The position numbers were made by a program, and so were the translations under genes. The notes beneath the pieces were generated by a model. That model did not search any database. It was not told where the DNA came from and saw only the letters and a list, made by a program, of their open reading frames with translations. 32,000 nucleotides of DNA from Opitutia bacterium KCR 482 (GTDB lineage Bacteria > Verrucomicrobiota > Verrucomicrobiia > Opitutales > Intestinicryptomonadaceae): positions 300,001-332,000 of the forward strand of contig CP149973.1 in NCBI GenBank assembly GCA_029269845.2, given 5' to 3'. The stretch's first letter is position 1; the number at the start of each line of letters is the position of its first letter. Below are positions 17,152 through 25,741 of the stretch, one piece after another.

Positions 17152-18588
17152 CTACGCGACGAACTCGCGGTACGCCTTGCGCGACTTTTCCGCGCACTGC
17201 GAAAGCCTCTTCAAATTGGATTCCGACTCGTTTTTGTTCAGCAGAATTTCGCGCAAAATTTTTCCCTCTTCGGCAATCGATTCAGAATGGTCGGGGAAAT
17301 AGTGGAGAAAAAGGAAGTACGCAAAGCGAACGAATCTGTCCTCGCCGAACGCCAGCCGCGCGGGTCTGCCGAAATCCTTTTGCGTTTTGTCCATGTACCC
17401 GAACTCGGCGACGGCAACCGAGCGGCGCGACATAATTGCCTCCTTGATGTCGTCCATGGAATTTGACTTCGCAAAAACCACCGTGTACGATGACCCTTGG
17501 TCCTCGACCCTGTGCGCGTCGGAATTGCCGATTATCGGGTAGTGAATCCCCTGCGCCCGAAGCTCCGCGTAATTGATTGCCGCGCGAGCAATCGACATGT
17601 CGCCGCAACCGTAGTTTACAAACTCGTAGACGTCGAAAAACTTTCGGCGGCAGATTTCGTCCCAAATTATTTTCGGCGACTGGTTGTAATAGGGCACGCC
17701 CATAATCTCCTTCTGCCAATACGGGTGGTTGTAGACGGCAAGCCCGCCGAGCTTGCGGATAACCTCGCATTCCGCCTGAATCTTTGCGATGTCCTTTCGG
17801 GCGCGGAAAGAGAAGGTTTCGGGAATGTCTTTCATAATCTCGTTCACGCGGCGGTAGTACTGCGGAATGTGCGCTTTCAGGTAGTCCGAAAGGCTTTCCC
17901 TCGCGCCCAGACTGTGGATATGCGGGAGGGCGTAGTGGCACTCCTCGGCGTTGTAGAACGCCATGGAGGTGTCGAATTTCCCGAAAAGTTTTTGCATGTC
18001 CGCCGACGGCCGGTAGCGGCCGTGGTCGGAAATTGACTGGAAGTCGAAGCCGCATTCGTAGCAGCGGAGCGCGACTTCCTCAGGCGGATTCCTGCCGTCG
18101 GAACGTGTCGAGTGAATGTGAAAATCGCCCCTAAACGGCGCGAGCGAAAGCAGGTCTTTTTCGAGCGCGTAGACGTGGACTATCGAAATCGGGCGCGGCA
18201 TTTTGTGCGCCTCGGTTTCCTGAGGAATTTCCCTTTCGAACAGGCGAATGCAGTAGCCCTGCTCGCGCCCGAACTTGACGTCGAAGCGCGATGTAGAACC
18301 CGACACTTCGAATTTAAGCGGCGTGCCTACGGGCTTGTTGAAAAGCGAGCCGTCGAGGTCGCTTGCGCCGTCGTCGCCGACAACCGTAAGGAAGCCGTTT
18401 TCCACCTTTTTACGCATGCTTTCGGGAAATTTTACGACGACCGAATAAAGCTTTCCCGCCTCGAAGACGCGCTGTTTCATCTCGAATTTTGTAAACGGCA
18501 GCGAACCGCCCTTCCCCGCCGCGCGCGAAATCGGCGACAACGCCGCGAAAATCCCGCCCGCGGAAAAACGCTTTCCTGTCCATATCAC
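17152..18588 (-). CDS. PHP-domain (polymerase/histidinol-phosphatase-like) metallohydrolase with N-terminal extra domain
   Basis: GDFHIHSTRSDG, ISDHG and GNSDAHR are PHP metal ligands. The start is uncertain: 18588 is a GTG, and the first in-frame ATG is at 18480 (MKQRVFEAG). Confidence 0.75.
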   Translation of the reverse strand: MIWTGKRFSAGGIFAALSPISRAAGKGGSLPFTKFEMKQRVFEAGKLYSVVVKFPESMRKKVENGFLTVVGDDGASDLDGSLFNKPVGTPLKFEVSGSTSRFDVKFGREQGYCIRLFEREIPQETEAHKMPRPISIVHVYALEKDLLSLAPFRGDFHIHSTRSDGRNPPEEVALRCYECGFDFQSISDHGRYRPSADMQKLFGKFDTSMAFYNAEECHYALPHIHSLGARESLSDYLKAHIPQYYRRVNEIMKDIPETFSFRARKDIAKIQAECEVIRKLGGLAVYNHPYWQKEIMGVPYYNQSPKIIWDEICRRKFFDVYEFVNYGCGDMSIARAAINYAELRAQGIHYPIIGNSDAHRVEDQGSSYTVVFAKSNSMDDIKEAIMSRRSVAVAEFGYMDKTQKDFGRPARLAFGEDRFVRFAYFLFLHYFPDHSESIAEEGKILREILLNKNESESNLKRLSQCAEKSRKAYREFVA

Positions 18589-18705
18589 AAATATCTTATA
18601 GACAAACTATTTTCGGTCGCAATCAAAATATGCGCAACAAAGCCGAACAATAAGCCGAAACGCGTAAATGGTGCAAGCAAGCGCAAAATGCGTGCAAAAC
18701 AGCGG

Positions 18706-19581
18706 CTATTCGAAAACGGTTTTCGCGTAGATTGAAAGCGGGAGGTCGAAGCCGTTTGATGCTGGCAGCACAAGCTCTCCGCACGAAGTTTTTGCGCCGC
18801 GCCGCCCGCCGAAATATTCGTCGAGCATGTTTGCCGCCATTATCGACGACGCCTCTATCGAATAGAGCGTCATAAGGACGAACAGCGGCGTGTCCGACAA
18901 AATCGAGGCGCAGGCGTCGAGCAGTTCGGGCAGCATTTTTTCAAGCTTCCAAAGCTCGTTTTTCGGGCCGCGGCCGAACGCGGGAGGGTCGAGCACGATT
19001 GCCTCGTACGAAACGCCCCTGCGGGCTTCGCGCCGCGCGAATTTCAGGGCGTCGTCCACAATCCAGCGAATCGGGGCGTCGGCAAGCCCGCTTTCCGACT
19101 GGTTTTTCCGCGCCCAGTCCACCGACGGTTTCGACGCGTCAACGTGCGCCACGGCAAAGCCGCCCTTTGCCGCCGCGAGAGTCGCCGCGCCCGTGTATCC
19201 GAAGAGGTTTAGGAGTTTCGGCTTGCGCCCGCCTGCAAACTTTGCGCCGCTTTCGGCAATGAATTTCCAGTGCGGCGACTGTTCGGGGAAAACGCCCAAA
19301 TGTTTTGTGCCGTCCATGAATTTTGTGCGGAATTTGATTCCGTTCCAGTCCATTACGGGCGCGGAAATTTTTTTGTTGAAGACCCAGCGGGCGTCCTTTT
19401 TTTCGTCGTCGAAATAGCGGGCGTCGGCGGATTTCCAGAGGTCTGGGCGCGAGGGCTTCCACCACGCTTTCGGCTCGCTGCGGACGACGACGGCGTCGCC
19501 GAAGCGTTCGAGTTTCAGCCTGTCGCCGCTGTCGAGAAGCTCGTAGCCGCGCCAGTCGGATTTCAAGACGTCGATGTTCAT
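18706..19581 (-). CDS. class I SAM-dependent methyltransferase, RlmI/RlmK-like (rRNA methyltransferase type)
   Basis: LLNLFGYTGAATLAAA (motif I), HVDASK and IVLDPPAF (motif IV). Its ATG directly abuts the hisA stop. Confidence 0.8.
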   Translation of the reverse strand: MNIDVLKSDWRGYELLDSGDRLKLERFGDAVVVRSEPKAWWKPSRPDLWKSADARYFDDEKKDARWVFNKKISAPVMDWNGIKFRTKFMDGTKHLGVFPEQSPHWKFIAESGAKFAGGRKPKLLNLFGYTGAATLAAAKGGFAVAHVDASKPSVDWARKNQSESGLADAPIRWIVDDALKFARREARRGVSYEAIVLDPPAFGRGPKNELWKLEKMLPELLDACASILSDTPLFVLMTLYSIEASSIMAANMLDEYFGGRRGAKTSCGELVLPASNGFDLPLSIYAKTVFE

Positions 19582-20319
19582 TTAGGCTTCGGCGATTTTA
19601 ATGATGTCGGCAAGGTTCACGCGCTTTTCGTAAATCGCCTTTCCGACAATCGCGCCCTCCAAGTTGGCGTATTTTTGCGAAAGTTTTTTGAGGTTTACGA
19701 TGTCGGCGTCCGACGAAACCCCGCCGGAGGCAATCAGCTTTGCGCCCGCAGGGGCGAGTGTTTGGAGCATTTTTTCCTGCGCGGGAATGTTTGCGCCCGA
19801 CAGCATTCCGTCGGTGTCGATGTCCGTGTAGATGAAAGTTTTTACGCCGCCTTTCGAAAGTTTTTCGGCAAGACCGCAGGCGGAGAATTTTGCGACCTCC
19901 ACCCAGCCTTTTATTGCGACTTTCCCTCCCTTTGCGTCGACGCCCACCGCGATTTTTTCGCCGTATTTTTCGGCAAGCTCGACTGCGAATTCGGGGTTCG
20001 TGCACGCCTTTGTGCCGATAATCGCGCGGGAAACGCCCGCGTCGAAAGCCGCGCGGACGGCGGATTCGTCGCGCATGCCGCCGCCGAGTTCCACGAACAT
20101 GCCCAAGCCCGCGATTTTCGAAATCGCGTCGAGGTTGCGCATTGCGCCCCCGAATGCGCCGTCCAAATCGACGACGTGTATCACTTTCGAGCCTGCGTCG
20201 GCAAAAGCCTTTGCGGCGTCCACGGGGTTTTCAAAATAGACCGTGCTGTCGTCGGCGACCCCTTTGCGGAGCCTTACGCACTTTCCGTCCTTGATGTCTA
20301 CTGCGGGATAGATTTTCAT
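19582..20319 (-). CDS. hisA: ProFAR isomerase (1-(5-phosphoribosyl)-5-[(5-phosphoribosylamino)methylideneamino]imidazole-4-carboxamide isomerase)
   Basis: MKIYPAVDIKDGKCVRL, VVDLDGA and GGGMRD, 245 aa. No other his genes are nearby. Confidence 0.93.
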   Translation of the reverse strand: MKIYPAVDIKDGKCVRLRKGVADDSTVYFENPVDAAKAFADAGSKVIHVVDLDGAFGGAMRNLDAISKIAGLGMFVELGGGMRDESAVRAAFDAGVSRAIIGTKACTNPEFAVELAEKYGEKIAVGVDAKGGKVAIKGWVEVAKFSACGLAEKLSKGGVKTFIYTDIDTDGMLSGANIPAQEKMLQTLAPAGAKLIASGGVSSDADIVNLKKLSQKYANLEGAIVGKAIYEKRVNLADIIKIAEA

Positions 20320-20328
20320 ATAATTTGA

Positions 20329-22026
20329 TTATTTGTCGGATACTACAATACGGAATCCCACCATTCTGTTGCGCTGCTTCGGGTCGAAATCCGACACGGG
20401 AATGTCCTTGATGGCGTCGGGGGCGGTCTGGGCGTTTCCGCCGATTACCCTTGCCGAATCGGCGTCCGAGGGTTGCGCGAGGTATTCGGCGACATTTCCC
20501 AAGAGGTCGTAAAAGCCCCTGTCGTTGGGTTTCTTTGTGGCAATCGGGTGGGTTGTTCCGCTGCTGTTAAAATAGTTCCAAGAGATTTCGCCGATGTCGG
20601 CATAGCGCAGAGAGCCAATCGCGCTTCGGTAGGTCTGCTCGTCCGGGAGCGAAATCTTTTTGCCCAAGGCCCAGCCCGCGCGGGTGCAAAAGCTGGCCGC
20701 CTCCTCGACCGTCGCCGAATCTACGGGGCGGTCTGGATTGTCCGAAAACCTGCTCGGATTCTCCTGCATGACGAGCGCGTAGAGCCTTTGCGAAACCTCG
20801 GTGCGCAGCATTTTCACGCCGTTCCCCGCGTCGGCGAGGTTCGGGATAATAAGCGCGCGGATTTTCACGATGTCGCGCGAGATAAAGTTGATGTAGCGCG
20901 CCCGCATAAGCGTTTCGTCGGAGAGCAGGCGGCTCTGGGGGAACGCCTGCACGAAGTGCTCTATTTTTCTAATCAGGTTTTCGGAAACCTGCGCGACCGC
21001 GTCGAGGTTTCCGTCGGAGAGCGACTTTTTCAGAAGCTCCGACTGCGCCTCGATTTCGCCCGCATATTTGCGGCTGTACGTTTCGGCTTTAAGCCTGTCG
21101 AACTCCCTCGCTTTTTCCTCGGAGGCGTGCTTGCTTTTCGGGTAGAGAGAGTTTATGGAGCGCTGGTTTTCGAGCGCGTCGGAGTAGGCGTCGGCTGCGG
21201 CGATGTAGTCTTTCTTTGCGATGAGTTCGGACGCCTTTTTTTCGTCGTCTGCGATTTTCTGCGCGAATCCGCCAGACCTCAGCGACTGCAAGTCGGATTC
21301 CAGTTTGAGAAGCCGCGCGAAGTCGGTATAAATCGACGACGGGTGTTCCGAGTGAAGCTTTGTGATGGCGTCTATTGCCGACTCGAAAAATTTTTCCGCC
21401 GCAAGGAGGTCGTTTGCTTCGAGAGCCGCCCCCGCCTTGCGCTCCAATTCGAGCGTTTCGAGGTACAGCGGCTTTGCCTGCAACATTTTAATCTGCCTGT
21501 CGAAAACAACGCGCCTTTCGATGTTCTTGTATTTCGAAAGCGGATATTCGGCATTGATTTTCGATTGGAGGTCGTACGCCTGCTTGTAGAATTCGACCGC
21601 CTGCGCGTAGTCGGACTCTGCGGCGGATTCCGCTTTTTTTTCGAGAAGCGCGACGGTTTCGGCAAGCGGCGCCGCCTCTACGTCGTGCAAACGCGTGCGG
21701 AGCGCGGTGAGCCTCTGCGCGGGGGCGCGGTTGAGGGTCTTCGCCTTGTCGATGTACTGCTCCTGATATGCGATGGATTTTTTGAGAAGCGCGACCGCCT
21801 CTTCCGAGCGTTCGTTTGCGGCGGCGGCGGCTTCGAACTCCTTTTCGTAGCGTTCCGACGCCTTCAAAATTTCCTCTCCCTCAACGTTTGGGTCTACATA
21901 TTCGTAAGTGTCGGGCGCGGCGCGTCCGGGACCCAAAATCGCCATGAGATAAAAGCCGCCGAGAACCGCGGCGGAAAGAAGTGCTACCGATACAAATTTT
22001 ACTACGCTCATAATCTTGAAATCCAT
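20329..22026 (-). CDS. membrane-anchored helical-repeat protein with C-terminal FGE/SUMF1 (formylglycine-generating-enzyme-like) domain
   Basis: N-terminal TM helix VVKFVSVALLSAAVLGGFYLMAIL, a central repeat region, and a C-terminal FGE-type domain: EVSQRLYALVMQENPSRF, GFYDLLGNVAEY, MVGFRIV. Confidence 0.85.
   Translation of the reverse strand: MDFKIMSVVKFVSVALLSAAVLGGFYLMAILGPGRAAPDTYEYVDPNVEGEEILKASERYEKEFEAAAAANERSEEAVALLKKSIAYQEQYIDKAKTLNRAPAQRLTALRTRLHDVEAAPLAETVALLEKKAESAAESDYAQAVEFYKQAYDLQSKINAEYPLSKYKNIERRVVFDRQIKMLQAKPLYLETLELERKAGAALEANDLLAAEKFFESAIDAITKLHSEHPSSIYTDFARLLKLESDLQSLRSGGFAQKIADDEKKASELIAKKDYIAAADAYSDALENQRSINSLYPKSKHASEEKAREFDRLKAETYSRKYAGEIEAQSELLKKSLSDGNLDAVAQVSENLIRKIEHFVQAFPQSRLLSDETLMRARYINFISRDIVKIRALIIPNLADAGNGVKMLRTEVSQRLYALVMQENPSRFSDNPDRPVDSATVEEAASFCTRAGWALGKKISLPDEQTYRSAIGSLRYADIGEISWNYFNSSGTTHPIATKKPNDRGFYDLLGNVAEYLAQPSDADSARVIGGNAQTAPDAIKDIPVSDFDPKQRNRMVGFRIVVSDK
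20809..21612 (-). repeat. four tandem protein-level repeats with an exact 67-aa (201-nt) period inside the FGE-domain CDS
   Basis: Units start at aa 139, 206, 273 and 340: DYAQAVEFYKQAYDLQSKINAEYPLSKY / DLLAAEKFFESAIDAITKLHSEHPSSIY / DYIAAADAYSDALENQRSINSLYPKSKH / NLDAVAQVSENLIRKIEHFVQAFPQSRL. A fifth, degenerate unit may start at aa 72. Confidence 0.8.
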
Positions 22027-22171
22027 TTTTTAAAACGCGCCGCAAATGTCAAATTATATAATCCCGCAAACGGGAAAATCGGCGGGCGCGGAAGTTTGCG
22101 GCGGGGCGACGTAGGCGCGGGGCGCGCCGATTGCGGAAATCCGCGCGACTGCGGAATCGGCGCGGTTGCGG

Positions 22172-23458
22172 CTATTTCGAAATCCATTTTTCGAAAAGCG
22201 GAAATTTGCGCAGGGGAATGCGGGCTGAAATCTCCGCGCCGTCGTCAGTGTCGCGGCGCGAGAGCACGGGACCGGAGGCGTACAGCTCCGCCACGGCGCG
22301 ATACTCCGAATGCGGCACGAGCAGTTTTACCAGCTTCGACGCGCCAGCGATTGCGTCCTCCATTTTCGCGAGAAGCCCGCCAAGCCCCTCCCCCGTTTTC
22401 GCGCTGACCCAAACGGCGTCGGGAAATTCGATTTCGAGGGCGCGGGCGGAAACGTCGTCGGAGAGCGCGTCGATTTTGTTCATGACAACTATGATTTTCT
22501 TTGAGTCCGCGCCAAGCTCGCGCAGGACGGAGGCCGTTGTCTTGATGTGCTCGGCGGCGTCGGGGCTTGACGAATCTACGACATGCAAAAGGAAGTCGGA
22601 AACGACTGCCTCTTCGAGCGTCGATTTGAACGCCTCGACGAACCTGTGCGGGAGCTTGCGGACAAAGCCCACGGTGTCGGTCAAAAGCAGCTCGGAAGAG
22701 TCGGGCAGAACGAGCCTGCGCGTGGTTGGGTCGAGGGTGGCAAAAAGCTTGTCCTGCGCCAAGAGCGAAGATTTCGCCAGCGCATTTATCAGCGAAGATT
22801 TCCCCGCGTTCGTATAGCCCACGACCGCCGCAGTCGGCACGGGCACGCGCATTCTGCGCTTGCGCTGCGTTCCCCTGACAACCCTCACGCGCTCCAATTC
22901 GTCGCGGAGTTTTGCGATTCTCGCGCCGATGAAACGCCTGTCGAGTTCGAGCTGGCTCTCGCCGCCGCCGCGCTGGGTTATGCCGCCGCCGCGCTGTCTG
23001 TCGAGGTGCGACCACGCCTTGCGCAGGCGCGGAAGCGAGTATTCCAAACGCGCAAGCTCGACCTGCAAAACCGCCTCGCGAGTCTGCGCCCGCGCCGCAA
23101 AAATGTCTAGAATAACCTCCTGCCTGTTGACGATGTCCAAGCCCGATTCCGACTCCCAGTTGCGCTGTTGCGCGGGGGAAAGCTCGTCGTCGAAAATAAT
23201 GCAGTCGGCGTCGAGAGCGCGGGCGGCGGCGGCGATTTCCGAAAACTTGCCCGCCCCAACAAAGTAGTGCGCCGACGGCTCGCGCAGCAAAACAACCTCG
23301 CGCCCGACGACGTCTATTTCGAGGTTTTTGGCAAGTTCGGCAAGCTCGTCAAGCAGCCCTTCCGTCTCCGACGCCGAAACGTCTGGGCGGCGTATGCCCA
23401 CAAGCATTGCGCGGCGTTTTTCGGCGGCTTCGGCGTTCAAATCAATCAATTCCGACAT
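22172..23458 (-). CDS. hflX: GTPase HflX
   Basis: G1 GYTNAGKSS, G3 DTVGF, G4 NKID, plus the HflX N-terminal domain (ELAELAKN, LSPAQQRNWE). Confidence 0.95.
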   Translation of the reverse strand: MSELIDLNAEAAEKRRAMLVGIRRPDVSASETEGLLDELAELAKNLEIDVVGREVVLLREPSAHYFVGAGKFSEIAAAARALDADCIIFDDELSPAQQRNWESESGLDIVNRQEVILDIFAARAQTREAVLQVELARLEYSLPRLRKAWSHLDRQRGGGITQRGGGESQLELDRRFIGARIAKLRDELERVRVVRGTQRKRRMRVPVPTAAVVGYTNAGKSSLINALAKSSLLAQDKLFATLDPTTRRLVLPDSSELLLTDTVGFVRKLPHRFVEAFKSTLEEAVVSDFLLHVVDSSSPDAAEHIKTTASVLRELGADSKKIIVVMNKIDALSDDVSARALEIEFPDAVWVSAKTGEGLGGLLAKMEDAIAGASKLVKLLVPHSEYRAVAELYASGPVLSRRDTDDGAEISARIPLRKFPLFEKWISK

Positions 23459-23550
23459 GCCCGAAAATCTATCCGCAAAACGCCTCCCGCCGCAAGATAA
23501 ATCGTTTTATCGTTGACAAATTTTAACGCGCGGGAAAAAATATTTTTCCG

Positions 23551-24510
23551 ATGAAAAGAAGGACTTTTGCAAAAACTGCGGCGACCCTTGCCGCGGCGTT
23601 CATCGGAGGAAAGGCGGCGGCGCAAACGGAGGCAAAAAAGCCCTGCGCGTGCACGTTCAGGCAGTCGGGCAACAACATCACGCTGTACGTCGAAGGCGCG
23701 AAAAAGACGAAGGTCATGTTTGTTGCCGACACACACATTTCGTACTCCGACGGGCTTGTCGAGCCGTACCTCGACTACGCCTACCGCATGCACAGGGCGT
23801 TCGCAAGCGAGCCGAAAATGGAGGCTCTCTCGATGTCGCTTAAAAGCGCGAAAAAGAGCGGCTGCGAACTCGCGATTCTCGGCGGCGATATAATCAACTT
23901 TCCGTCGGAATACAACGTCAAAAAGCTCGCCGAATGCATGGCGAATTCCGAAATTCCGTGCCGCTACATCGCGGGCAACCACGACTGGCATTTCGAGGGC
24001 AGCGGCCCCGACATTCCCCAGCCCGAGCTCCGCCGCAGGTGGATTAAAAAGCTCGCGCCGCTCTACGCGGGAGAAAATCCCGACGGATACTCGGTGCAGG
24101 CGGGCGGCGTGAACTTCGTGCTTATCGACAACTCCGCAAACGAAATTTCGAAAGAGCAGCTTTCGTTTTTCAAAAGCGAGCTTGCGCGGGGAATGCCGAC
24201 AATTCTCTGCGCCCACATTCCGCTTTACGTTCGGGGCGGCAGCCTCGGATTCTCGTGCGGCAATCCGAATTTCTGCGCCGCGACCGACCGCTCGTTCCGC
24301 GTGGAAAGACGCCACAAACGCCCCGAACGCGAAACTCCCGAAACTTTCGAATTCAGGGACGCCGCGTTCGCCGCACACAACCTGCTCGGCGTGTTCGCGG
24401 GGCACACGCACAGGCCGTCCACCGATTTCGAATGCGGAAAATTTCAGGTGGTCACCTCAAAATACCTGCCGAAGTTCGACTACCTCACAATCGCAATCGA
24501 GCCCAAATAG
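23551..24510 (+). CDS. calcineurin-like metallophosphoesterase with twin-arginine signal
   Basis: MKRRTFAKTAATLAAAFIGG is a TAT motif. Motifs FVADTHI, LGGDII, GNHDW, CAHIPL and GHTH are present. Confidence 0.85.
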   Translation: MKRRTFAKTAATLAAAFIGGKAAAQTEAKKPCACTFRQSGNNITLYVEGAKKTKVMFVADTHISYSDGLVEPYLDYAYRMHRAFASEPKMEALSMSLKSAKKSGCELAILGGDIINFPSEYNVKKLAECMANSEIPCRYIAGNHDWHFEGSGPDIPQPELRRRWIKKLAPLYAGENPDGYSVQAGGVNFVLIDNSANEISKEQLSFFKSELARGMPTILCAHIPLYVRGGSLGFSCGNPNFCAATDRSFRVERRHKRPERETPETFEFRDAAFAAHNLLGVFAGHTHRPSTDFECGKFQVVTSKYLPKFDYLTIAIEPK

Positions 24511-24537
24511 CGCGACCGACCGCAACGCGCAAAACGC

Positions 24538-24581
24538 AAAAACTCCGCCGCGAACGGTTGTTCGACATGCGGAGTTTTTTG
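24538..24581 (+). terminator. intrinsic terminator after the phosphoesterase gene
   Basis: aactccgc ... gcggagtt outer stem enclosing cgaac ggtt gttcg, followed by T6. Confidence 0.75.
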
Positions 24582-24764
24582 CCGGTTCGAAACGCGCGAA
24601 ACTTTGCGGCAAGCACGCAGTAAAACCGCATGGCGGGTTCGGTCGTAAACACGGTGAAGACGCCCCTCCGCCGCAGCACCAAGCTCCGCCCGAATGCGTC
24701 CCGCTGTCCGACGCAAAAAATTTTCTTTCAATGCGACGCCGCCGCGCTACAATCGCGCCTTTTT

Positions 24765-25646
24765 ATGAATTACGAAATTTCATTTCCGGTAATCGCCGCC
24801 GCGCTTTACAGCCTCAGCGTGATTCTCGTAAAACTCGCCACGAGCGACGAAAAACTTTCGCCGACTTCCATTCTCGTTTTCAACAACGTCTCGCTGTGGA
24901 TTCTTTTCATGCCGTCGCTTTTTACCGAAGGCGGCGTGAAAGACTTTGCGCTCGTGTGGCAGCCCCTGCTTGTGGGCGTGTTTTTTGCGATGGGAAATTT
25001 CGCCACGTTCCTCTGCGCCCACAAGGGCGAAGTCAGCCTTATGACGCCGATTATGGGGCTGAAAATCCTCGCGGTTCTGCTGTTTTCGCGGATAATAATC
25101 GGCATGGAGCTTCCCCATACAATGATTGCAGCAGGCATTATTTGTTGCGCGGCGGTATTTATTATGGGCTACTCGAAACGCCGAATTTCGTCAAAAAAAG
25201 AGTGGATAACCTTTGCGCTTGCGCTCTGGGCGTGCACGTCCTACGCGGCGTGCGACGTTTTCATTCAAAAATTTTCGCCCAATTTCTCGCCGCTCTCCCT
25301 GCTTTGCCTCTGCAATTTTGTGTTGATTCTCTCCACCCTGCCCTACTTCGGGCGATGCTGGCGTGAAATCCGGAGCGCGGGGCGGAAAAACCTCGCGCTC
25401 GGCGGCGCGGCGGCGGCTTTGATGGTTGCGGAATCGCTGTTTATGTTCTTTGCGCTCGCGGGCAGGGTAAGCGCGCCGCTTTGCAACATTCTCTACAACA
25501 CGCGCGGAATAATGTCGGTCGTATTCGTGTTCGCAATCGGCAAATACGTGTCTGGCTTGGAGACGCTGACTCAGGGAACGGCTGCGCGGCGAGCGGTTGG
25601 CTCGCTCATGATTTTGGGCGCGGTTGCGCTTGTGCTTTTCGGATAA
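24765..25646 (+). CDS. polytopic membrane protein, DMT/EamA-like transporter
   Basis: I chose the ATG at 24765 (MNYEISFPVIAAALYSL). The 293-aa protein has about 10 hydrophobic segments in two similar halves, the typical EamA size and layout. Family assignment is by architecture only. Confidence 0.7.
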   Translation: MNYEISFPVIAAALYSLSVILVKLATSDEKLSPTSILVFNNVSLWILFMPSLFTEGGVKDFALVWQPLLVGVFFAMGNFATFLCAHKGEVSLMTPIMGLKILAVLLFSRIIIGMELPHTMIAAGIICCAAVFIMGYSKRRISSKKEWITFALALWACTSYAACDVFIQKFSPNFSPLSLLCLCNFVLILSTLPYFGRCWREIRSAGRKNLALGGAAAALMVAESLFMFFALAGRVSAPLCNILYNTRGIMSVVFVFAIGKYVSGLETLTQGTAARRAVGSLMILGAVALVLFG

Positions 25647-25687
25647 ACTCCCCGCGCGGATTTCCGCCGCATGCGCGGAGTCGGGGC

Positions 25688-25721
25688 GAAAAAAAACGCG
25701 CACCGCAAAAGCGCGATGCGC
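25688..25721 (-). terminator. intrinsic terminator after recJ (minus strand)
   Basis: Minus-sense gcgcatcgc gctttt gcggtgcgc, a 9-bp stem with one U-G, followed by g + T8. Confidence 0.8.
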
Positions 25722-25741
25722 ACAGGAAAATTCGGCGTGGT

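Noticed and set aside
20473-22407. 644-aa plus-strand ORF opposite the FGE-domain gene and the hflX 3' end
   Set aside because: Antisense shadow spanning two genes and an intergenic region, with low-complexity sequence. Other shadows of the same type are 1040-2011, 1809-2435, 10665-11693, 11630-12289, 14743-15390, 19270-20328, 23446-24411, 24182-25366, 26195-27355 and 29425-30429.
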